Source: Eubacteriales bacterium (lineage in GTDB: Bacteria > Bacillota > Clostridia > Oscillospirales > CAG-382). Taken from it: DNA of 64,000 nucleotides. Below, piece by piece: positions 56,577 through 64,000 of the stretch. A model generated the notes under the pieces. That model ran no database searches, was not told the DNA's origin, and was given only the letters and a program-made list of their open reading frames with translations. A program made the position numbers and the translations under genes. The stretch spans positions 5,339-69,338 of the forward strand of contig JAQVPJ010000009.1 of the NCBI GenBank assembly GCA_028702135.1, given 5' to 3'. The stretch's first letter is position 1. Every line of letters begins with the position of its first letter.

Positions 56577-58793
56577 ATGAAGTTCAACGACGGAAAATGG
56601 CAGCATCATATCGATGTACGGGATTTTATCGTATGCAATTATACGCCGTATGACGGAGATGAGAGCTTTCTTGCAGATACGACAGAACGCACTGCCATGT
56701 TATGGGAAAAAGTAAAGGTTCTTATGGAAAAAGAGCGTAATAACGGCGGTGTTCTCGACATTGATGAACATACTATTTCTACGATTACCGCTCATAAGCC
56801 GGGCTATATCGATAAGGAACTTGAGGATATAGTCGGCTTGCAGACAGACTCGCCCTTAAAAAGAGCTATTATGCCATTTGGCGGTATCAGAATGGTAAGG
56901 TCCTCCCTTGAGGCCTATGGCAGGGAGATGGATCCCGAAGTCGAAAAGATTTTCAAATACAGAAAAACGCATAACGACGGCGTTTTCGATGCATATACAG
57001 AGGATATGAAAAAAGCACGCAGGAGCGGGATAATTACGGGACTGCCGGACGCATACGGCAGAGGCAGAATCATCGGCGATTACCGCAGAGTACCGCTTTA
57101 TGGCGTGGACTTTCTAATAAAGCAAAAAGAGCAGGCGAAGAAAGACTTTGTTTTTGATCTCATCAACGAGGATATTATCCGCCAGCGTGAGGAGATTTCC
57201 GAACAGATAAAAGCACTTAAGGAACTCAAGGAAATGGCAGCTATGTACGGCTTCGATATTTCCAAGCCCGCACAGGACACAAAAGAAGCTATCCAATGGC
57301 TTTATTTCGCATATCTTGCCGCTACAAAGGAACAGAACGGCGCAGCTATGTCTATCGGCAGAATTTCGACCTTTCTCGATATATATGCGGATAATGACCT
57401 CGCCGCCGGAAGATATACCGAAACCGAGATTCAGGAGTTTGTGGATCATTTTATCATGAAGCTGCGAATGATTCGATTTCTGCGTACGCCCACATATGAC
57501 GAGCTCTTTTCCGGAGACCCGATCTGGATAACCGAATCGATCGGCGGTGTCTGTATCGACGGCAGACATATGGTTACTAAAATGTCATACCGTTTCCTCC
57601 ATACACTTATTAACCTCGGAGCAGCGCCAGAGCCGAACATGACAGTGTTATGGAGCCAGCGGCTACCGGAAAACTTTAAAGCGTACTGCTCGAAGATTTC
57701 TATAAGAACCTCCTCGGTACAATATGAGAACGACGATCTTATGCGTGTTGAATACGGTGACGATTATGGTATCGCCTGTTGTGTGTCCGCCATGAGAATC
57801 GGAAAGATGATGCAATTTTTCGGCGCGAGGGCGAATCTCGCAAAAGCTCTGCTTTACGGTCTTAACGGCGGTAAGGACGAGATCAGCGGAGAGCAGGTAG
57901 GTCCCGAAATGGCATTGATCAAATCGGATGATACTCTTGACTTTGATGAGGTCTGGAGAAAATACGATCAGATCTGCAACTGGCTGTCGAGACTATATAT
58001 CAACACCCTTAATATAATCCATTACATGCACGATAAATATTGCTATGAGCGCATTCAGATGGCGCTGCATGACGAACGTATTTTCAGAACCTCCGCCTGC
58101 GGTCTTGCCGGTCTTTCTGTAGTGACCGATTCTCTGAGTGCCATAAAATACGCCAAGGTGCATCCCGTCAGAAACGAGCAGGGCCTGACAACAGACTTTA
58201 TCATAGAAGGCGATTATCCGAAGTTTGGGAACAATGATCCGAGGGTTGATGAGATTGCAAGAAGCGTGGTCGAGCATTTTATGGCAAAACTCTCAAAACA
58301 CAGCACTTACAGGAACTCTAAACCGAGCATGTCGATTTTAACTATTACGTCAAATGTTGTATATGGTAAAATAACAGGATCGACACCTGACGGACGAAAA
58401 AAAGGAGAACCCTTTGCTCCCGGTGCAAATCCGATGCACGGCAGGGACTCCAACGGCTGTGTGGCTTCTATGATGTCAGTCGCTTCGCTTCCTTATGAAT
58501 TCTCAAAGGACGGAATCTCATATACATTTTCCATAATTCCCGGCTCTTTGGGTAAGGATGATCAGCAGCGTACTGATAACCTTTGTTCTTTGCTTGACGG
58601 TTATTTTGCTGAGAACGGTCATCATATCAATGTGAATGTTATTAACCGCGAGGTCCTTATTGACGCGATGGAGCATCCCGAGCTTTATCCCCAGCTTACT
58701 ATCCGCGTTTCGGGATACGCAGTGAACTTCATCAAGCTCAACAGAGAGCAACAGATGGATGTTATAAACCGTACTTTCCATACAAGATTTTAA
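56577..58793 (+). CDS. pflB: Pyruvate formate-lyase (formate C-acetyltransferase)
   Basis: Glycyl-radical motif RVSGYAVNF near the C-terminus, active-site Cys pair (ACCVSAM), and PFL length. Confidence 0.93.
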   Translation: MKFNDGKWQHHIDVRDFIVCNYTPYDGDESFLADTTERTAMLWEKVKVLMEKERNNGGVLDIDEHTISTITAHKPGYIDKELEDIVGLQTDSPLKRAIMPFGGIRMVRSSLEAYGREMDPEVEKIFKYRKTHNDGVFDAYTEDMKKARRSGIITGLPDAYGRGRIIGDYRRVPLYGVDFLIKQKEQAKKDFVFDLINEDIIRQREEISEQIKALKELKEMAAMYGFDISKPAQDTKEAIQWLYFAYLAATKEQNGAAMSIGRISTFLDIYADNDLAAGRYTETEIQEFVDHFIMKLRMIRFLRTPTYDELFSGDPIWITESIGGVCIDGRHMVTKMSYRFLHTLINLGAAPEPNMTVLWSQRLPENFKAYCSKISIRTSSVQYENDDLMRVEYGDDYGIACCVSAMRIGKMMQFFGARANLAKALLYGLNGGKDEISGEQVGPEMALIKSDDTLDFDEVWRKYDQICNWLSRLYINTLNIIHYMHDKYCYERIQMALHDERIFRTSACGLAGLSVVTDSLSAIKYAKVHPVRNEQGLTTDFIIEGDYPKFGNNDPRVDEIARSVVEHFMAKLSKHSTYRNSKPSMSILTITSNVVYGKITGSTPDGRKKGEPFAPGANPMHGRDSNGCVASMMSVASLPYEFSKDGISYTFSIIPGSLGKDDQQRTDNLCSLLDGYFAENGHHINVNVINREVLIDAMEHPELYPQLTIRVSGYAVNFIKLNREQQMDVINRTFHTRF

Positions 58794-58816
58794 GCGTTAC
58801 GCAAAGAGAGGTTAAT

Positions 58817-59545
58817 ATGGGCAACGCTGTCAAAGGCCGCATTCATTCTCTGGAAACCTTCGGCGCAGTCGATGGTCCGGGATTGCGTTTCGTCATATTC
58901 TTTCAGGGCTGTCCTCTGCGATGCCTGTACTGCCACAATCCCGATACTTGGGATACGCAAGAAGGCAGTGAAATTACAGCGGAAGAGCTGATCGCCCGGA
59001 TTTTAAGATACAGAAGTTTTATAAAAAAAGGCGGAGTCACGCTCACGGGCGGCGAACCTCTGCTGCAGAGCAGGTTCGCACAGGAGATAATCAGGCTCTG
59101 CAGGGAAAACGGCTTGCATACCGCTATCGATACCTCCGGTGCAGTTCCGCTTTCGGTATGTAAATCTGCTGTCGATGCGGCAGACTTAATCCTTTTAGAT
59201 ATAAAAGCGATTGATTCCGCACTTGCGAAAAAGCTTACCGGAGCAGGAAACGAGAATGCGCTGAAGCTTCTTGATTATTGCGAGGAAACAAACAAGGATG
59301 TCTGGATCCGTCATGTTCTTGTTCCGGGCTGGACTCTGGACAAAGCTCAGGCAAACCGTATGGGAATATTCCTGAAAAAATACCGATGCGTCAAAAAAGT
59401 CGAGCTGCTCCCCTTTCATAAGATTGGCGAATTTAAATGGGAAAAGCTGTGTATCGAGTATTCACTGACCGATACGCAACCGCCCGAACCTGAAAAGGTT
59501 GACGAAATAAAACAGATACTGCTGTCACACGGATTGGTGTTATAA
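58817..59545 (+). CDS. pflA: Pyruvate formate-lyase activating enzyme
   Basis: Radical SAM CxxxCxxC motif (CPLRCLYCHNPDTW) and GGVTLTGGEPLLQ. It lies directly downstream of pflB. Confidence 0.92.
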   Translation: MGNAVKGRIHSLETFGAVDGPGLRFVIFFQGCPLRCLYCHNPDTWDTQEGSEITAEELIARILRYRSFIKKGGVTLTGGEPLLQSRFAQEIIRLCRENGLHTAIDTSGAVPLSVCKSAVDAADLILLDIKAIDSALAKKLTGAGNENALKLLDYCEETNKDVWIRHVLVPGWTLDKAQANRMGIFLKKYRCVKKVELLPFHKIGEFKWEKLCIEYSLTDTQPPEPEKVDEIKQILLSHGLVL

Positions 59546-59548
59546 AAA

Positions 59549-59585
59549 TCAGGAAGACTGAAAAAACAGCCTTCCTGCTCTTTTG
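59549..59585. terminator. Intrinsic terminator between convergent pflA and GHL10 genes
   Basis: Stem CAGGAAG-loop-CTTCCTG followed by CTCTTTTG. Confidence 0.65.
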
Positions 59586-59607
59586 TATATGCAAACCCGT
59601 TTATCCT

Positions 59608-61962
59608 TTACGCATACAGATCATATGTACCTAAGAAATGTCTTTTTATCTTTAAATAATCCGAAGCCCTTGAGGTCACGCCATCCGAAATGGCAGCGGC
59701 TCTGTTCTGGTTATTGTCGGGAGTATATGTTCCGAGAAAGATACGCTTTGTTATCAGGTAGTCGACGCTGCTTATTTCTCCGTCACCGTTCGTATCACCC
59801 TTTATAACGACGGTATAACTGAATATTCCGTTAGAAATAATACATCCGGTGCCGATTTTCTTGTTGTCATCAAGAAGAGAACCGCTTTTATCCCTGACTG
59901 TAACTGTTCCGTCTAAAAGCGTTTTTGCCATCTCAGCGGTCATACTCTGCGTACCGCCGGAGCAAAAACCGATAGCGGTGTTTCCCTCAATCACAAAATA
60001 ATTTTTTATCGCCAAACCGCTTCGCAGAGCGTTTTTCGTTATTATCCTTATAAATTCCAAATCGTCGAGCAACGCTTTCTTTGCCGCTTTATTTGTGAGA
60101 GTGTTAACGGTGGAAACCGCACTTTCAATATCGTTAATGACCTGATTGAACAACGATTTCTCTGCTGTTGCTTTGATAATGTTCAGTTTTGCTTTAATCG
60201 AACTCGCCTGTGCGGGTATTATACCTTGAAGCGGTAAAATCACCTCGTCAATTCGTGTAATCGCATCTTCGGTAAGAATCAGTACTGCGTTTCTTTCATT
60301 GAGGGTGGGGGGTATCGCCCGGTTACGGTAAAGGGATTTATTTAATATCTCACCGACTTCTTTTCTCAAAAACGCGCTCGCCTCAAAAAATACCGAACCC
60401 GAAGCCCCGATTCTTGCCATATCCTCTGCCTGTTCTGCTAAATCCTCTGAACTGAGCATATCCAAATAAGCACCGAGACCGACACCCACATAACAGTCTT
60501 CGGCTATATTTACAAAATCCTCCATAAGGTTTGTATACCCGATACCGTATGCCATCGGGTGAATCATATCAAGATAACCTTCTCTAAGCCAGGTGACGCT
60601 GTCCTGATATATGTTCTCGTATCCGCTTTCGTAATAGGCCGAAACATCCGCACTCAAAAGTACGTCCGGATTCACCTCATCGATTAGATTTCTTACCGAT
60701 TTCACCATATCGGTGACGAAACCGGCTCTGAATGCTACCCAATCGTCCCAATAGGACGCTTTTTTATTGTAGGACGGGGTAACACAGTACTTAGCTCTGA
60801 AGGCAGACGTAGTAATGCTATCATATCCGAAATCCACCTCCCCGCTGGAGTAGTAGCGGATATAGTCGAGCTGAAATCCGTCGATATCGTATTTTGTAAG
60901 TATATATCTGTATGTATCGATAAGGAACTTCTTTACCTCGGGATTTGCGGGACTCAGAAAGACAAATTTCGATTCATCACCCGGTGAATAGTACTGACCT
61001 GTGTTTGACACAGTACGCCATTCGGGTTTTTTTACGCCGACACAGGCGGTGTTATCCAATCCGTGTCCGACATAATACACGGGCATCCAGATGTGAAGCT
61101 CCATATCCCGTGAATGGCAGGCGTCAATAAAAGCCTGCAGCATATCAAAGCCTTTCCATAACGGATTCTGTTCGAACAGACTATCCTCAGGCATGGGCAT
61201 TATCATCGTCGAGCTATATAGCGTTTCTATGCATATCATATTTATACCCGCATCATAGAGCTGTTGGACATAATTCTCAACCGCTGTGGTCGTTGTCTGA
61301 GTCGGTCGTATCCATACTCCTCTCATTTCCACTCCGCTGCTCTCGCTGCAAAGTCCCTTTATTTCTGTTATCTCAGCAAACAAAGGTGCAGAATTCTTAC
61401 TGAGATCATACGATTTATCCGAGTTATATGCGGTGAGCAACAGCTCATATTCATCATCAACCGCCTCTATCCGCTGCATAAGACCGCTGTAATCGATAAT
61501 ACGGTAAGTCGACCTCGCATTAAAATACGCGTCCTTCATCGCTAAAATCTTCAAATCAAGATGGGTTAGAAGAGTATCGTTATCATATGTAAAAGTAACG
61601 GATTTGTTTGTGTAGGATGCTTTCATTCCTATCAAAACGTTTTTCTTCAACCATTCTATCGATGTTCCATGACCGGATACGACAAAAGAGCCTTCATCCG
61701 ACGGAATACTATTGTTGTTTCCGCCGACAGATGTTACTACCCCGGCGGTAACTACCACCTCATAACCGTATATATTGGTGTTTGTATTGCTGCCTCGGAC
61801 ATTATAAACAACCATATAGTTGGTATTTCGTACGACATTTATACCGTTTATAGCAGTAGACACACTGTAAGAAGCCGCATTTACCTTTAGAGTAACCTGA
61901 GGTAATAAGCCGACCAGCAAAATCAAAACCACCAGCAACGACACTCTCTTAATTCTTTTCAT
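59608..61962 (-). CDS. Secreted GHL10 (DUF187, family 10 glycosylhydrolase-like) protein with C-terminal dockerin
   Basis: A signal peptide and an N-terminal beta module (FVVSGHGTSIEWLKKN) are present. The GHL10-like TIM-barrel core is RGVWIRPTQ...YVQQLYDAGINMICIETLY...FDMLQAFIDACHSRDMELHIWMPVYYVG...DGFQLDYIRY. The C-terminus has two dockerin repeats (GDTNGDGEISSVDYLITKRIFLGT and SDYLKIKRHFLGT). Confidence 0.75.
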   Translation of the reverse strand: MKRIKRVSLLVVLILLVGLLPQVTLKVNAASYSVSTAINGINVVRNTNYMVVYNVRGSNTNTNIYGYEVVVTAGVVTSVGGNNNSIPSDEGSFVVSGHGTSIEWLKKNVLIGMKASYTNKSVTFTYDNDTLLTHLDLKILAMKDAYFNARSTYRIIDYSGLMQRIEAVDDEYELLLTAYNSDKSYDLSKNSAPLFAEITEIKGLCSESSGVEMRGVWIRPTQTTTTAVENYVQQLYDAGINMICIETLYSSTMIMPMPEDSLFEQNPLWKGFDMLQAFIDACHSRDMELHIWMPVYYVGHGLDNTACVGVKKPEWRTVSNTGQYYSPGDESKFVFLSPANPEVKKFLIDTYRYILTKYDIDGFQLDYIRYYSSGEVDFGYDSITTSAFRAKYCVTPSYNKKASYWDDWVAFRAGFVTDMVKSVRNLIDEVNPDVLLSADVSAYYESGYENIYQDSVTWLREGYLDMIHPMAYGIGYTNLMEDFVNIAEDCYVGVGLGAYLDMLSSEDLAEQAEDMARIGASGSVFFEASAFLRKEVGEILNKSLYRNRAIPPTLNERNAVLILTEDAITRIDEVILPLQGIIPAQASSIKAKLNIIKATAEKSLFNQVINDIESAVSTVNTLTNKAAKKALLDDLEFIRIITKNALRSGLAIKNYFVIEGNTAIGFCSGGTQSMTAEMAKTLLDGTVTVRDKSGSLLDDNKKIGTGCIISNGIFSYTVVIKGDTNGDGEISSVDYLITKRIFLGTYTPDNNQNRAAAISDGVTSRASDYLKIKRHFLGTYDLYA

Positions 61963-62062
61963 AACAATATACCTCCCCGTTTAAAACGGCAGTCATCGTG
62001 AATATACCGTCTTCCCGCAGAAAAAACGATATCGTTCCTAATGACCGCCGCTGTTTTTTTTG

Positions 62063-64000
62063 TTATTTGTTTTTCTTTTTCTTTATCAGTAACGCAGCGA
62101 GCACGCCGGCAGCCGCTATAACCGCAACTATGACTACCGGAACAATCCATCCCTTTGCGGGCGGTTTTTCCGCAACCGGTTGCGAGGACGGCTCGGACTC
62201 GGGTGCGCTGCTTGTGTAAGCGGATACCTCGTAGTCATCGGGCACTCTCTTAGCGATCTTGGCAATCTTGCTCGCATAATCAAGGTCAGTATTAAGAGCA
62301 GTCTTTGCATTTGCGTTTTCGAGCGAATCGATAGCGTTTTTTGCTGCGCTAAAGGAGTCATCCGGTGTTTTTTCTGCATTAATATCGGCTATTACAGCGT
62401 CAAATGCCTTCTTTACGATGTTTGCCTCCTCCTCAGACATTCCCGAAAGAGGTAAAATCACTTCGTCAATTCTACCTTTGGAATATTCAAGTACGGCGAT
62501 GGTGGCGGCAGCTTTATCAAATGTGGGCGTTATCGCCTTTTTTTTGTAAATGCTCTTTAGCAGTACGCCGCCTGTGCCCTTTCCAAGATAAGCCGATGAC
62601 TCGAAAAACGAAGAACCTTCCGCACCGAGAGAATTAACCATCTTTGAATGCCTTAACATATCGGCAGCGGTATATTCATTCATAAATACACCGAGCCCGA
62701 CAGAAATGAAAACATCGTCTCCGCAGTTCGCCACCTGAGCAGCTATCTCGTCCTCAAAACCCTCGCCGTAGGACATTGGATGAAGAAGATCAAGATAACC
62801 CTCATCTAACCATGTCATATAGTCCTGATAAAGATGATTATAAGCGTCCTCGATGTTTGGACCTACATCGGCGCTTAACAAAACCGAAGGATTGACCTCG
62901 TCGACCAAATCCCTTACCTTTTTTACCATCCCGGTAACATAATTTGTTCTGAAAGCGACCCATTTTTTCCAGTATGCCGCTTTGGGTTCGTATCTCGGTT
63001 TTATTCCGTATTCGGCTTCAAAAGCAGAGGTGGTTATCTCGTCATAACCGAAATCACAACCCTCAAGATTCGTCCAATAGCGAATATAATCAAGCTCAAA
63101 ACCGTCTATATCATATTTGGTAAGTATATACCTGTAGGTGTCGAGCAGAAATTGAGTAGCCTCCTCGTTTGCCGGATTGAGCATCTGAAAGCCGCCTGTA
63201 TCGTTCGGAGCATAATTACCGCCGAGGTTGGTAACAGAAAGCCATTCTTTCTTTTGGGTTGCAACGCTGAGCTGTACATAAGTGTCGCCCTTCATGCCTA
63301 CAAAGTATACGGGCATCCAGATATGGAGTTCCATATTTCTTGAATGGCAGGCGTCGATATAAGCCTGGAGCATATCAAAGCCCTTCCAGCCCGGATTCTG
63401 TTTGAACAGACTTTCTTCCGGCATGGGCATTATCATAGTGCTGTCATAAAGTGTTTCTATGCTTATCATGTTTATGCCCGCATCATAAAGCTGCTGAACA
63501 TAGCTCTCAACCGCTGTTTTTGTTTTTTGGGTAGGACGTACCCATACTCCCCTGTATTCCACCGTTCGGCTTTCGGTCAACAGCTGTTTTGCCTCGTCGA
63601 GTAATCCTATTATTTCCGAGCTCGCCGAGTCGAAGTCTTCTAACTTGCCGCCGTTTTCATAAGCTTCAATCGCTGTGTCGAAAGCAGTTCTCGTCTCGTC
63701 GAGCTTGCTTTTCGCCGCTTGGTGATCTATATATCTGTAATTATCGGAAGCTGCTTTATAATCATTTTCAAGCTGTTCGATTTGTTTTTTTATACCATAG
63801 GTTACGGAATGCTCGTCATAAACGAATGTAATCTTTTTGCTGCTGAGATCATAGCTGACAGACATGCCCAGCTTTATATTTTTTTTGAGCCATTCAACAT
63901 GTATTCCATGTCCGGATACAACAAAGCTTCCTTTTTTGTTCGGGATAAGATTATTATTGCCGCCCACCGAAACAACTCTATTCTCCTCAACTACAACTTC
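62063..64000 (-). CDS. GHL10 (DUF187) paralog with C-terminal transmembrane anchor (5' end beyond the window)
   Basis: It has the same core as the neighbouring gene, and nucleotide stretches are visibly alignable by eye. The C-terminus is a Ser/Pro-rich linker plus a TM helix and KKKKNK instead of a dockerin. The frame stays open upstream of the ORF-track start (EVVVEENRVVSVGGNNN aligns with the paralog), so the gene continues past 64000. Confidence 0.75.
   Translation of the reverse strand, partial: EVVVEENRVVSVGGNNNLIPNKKGSFVVSGHGIHVEWLKKNIKLGMSVSYDLSSKKITFVYDEHSVTYGIKKQIEQLENDYKAASDNYRYIDHQAAKSKLDETRTAFDTAIEAYENGGKLEDFDSASSEIIGLLDEAKQLLTESRTVEYRGVWVRPTQKTKTAVESYVQQLYDAGINMISIETLYDSTMIMPMPEESLFKQNPGWKGFDMLQAYIDACHSRNMELHIWMPVYFVGMKGDTYVQLSVATQKKEWLSVTNLGGNYAPNDTGGFQMLNPANEEATQFLLDTYRYILTKYDIDGFELDYIRYWTNLEGCDFGYDEITTSAFEAEYGIKPRYEPKAAYWKKWVAFRTNYVTGMVKKVRDLVDEVNPSVLLSADVGPNIEDAYNHLYQDYMTWLDEGYLDLLHPMSYGEGFEDEIAAQVANCGDDVFISVGLGVFMNEYTAADMLRHSKMVNSLGAEGSSFFESSAYLGKGTGGVLLKSIYKKKAITPTFDKAAATIAVLEYSKGRIDEVILPLSGMSEEEANIVKKAFDAVIADINAEKTPDDSFSAAKNAIDSLENANAKTALNTDLDYASKIAKIAKRVPDDYEVSAYTSSAPESEPSSQPVAEKPPAKGWIVPVVIVAVIAAAGVLAALLIKKKKNK

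Overview
This is a chromosomal window from an AT-rich, endospore-forming member of the Clostridia. I infer it is Ruminococcus/Oscillospiraceae-like because sporulation genes (ylbJ-like, yqfC, yqfD, spoIIID, CotF-like coat proteins) occur alongside cohesin/dockerin proteins. About 55 protein genes and one tRNA-Leu(GAG) are present; no rRNA, CRISPR array or intact mobile element is visible. Housekeeping genes are nth, pepV, serC-serA, polA, rsmI, rbsK, rex and pflB-pflA. Accessory content includes a Cache-PAS-GGDEF diguanylate cyclase, a CDF and a P-type Ca2+ transporter, and an orphan CpsC/CpsD pair plus a separate CapD-like dehydratase. It also includes a MoxR-DUF58-DUF4129 operon, an ArsR-like regulator next to an ABC exporter and a PF14907 nucleotidyltransferase, a B12-radical SAM gene, a two-cohesin/dockerin protein, and tandem GHL10 paralogs (one dockerin-bearing, one membrane-anchored). 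The most interesting signal is a roughly 300-nt leader at 49166-49469. It has T-box architecture: a K-turn-like base, an AG bulge, a GGUG distal loop, an antiterminator with a 7-nt UGGN bulge, and a competing terminator. It lies upstream of an unusual HTH(XRE)-cupin-acyl-CoA synthetase fusion, with a candidate Ile (AUC) specifier. This suggests tRNA-sensed control of branched short-chain acid activation. All functional calls rest on motif recognition by eye; no database search was run.
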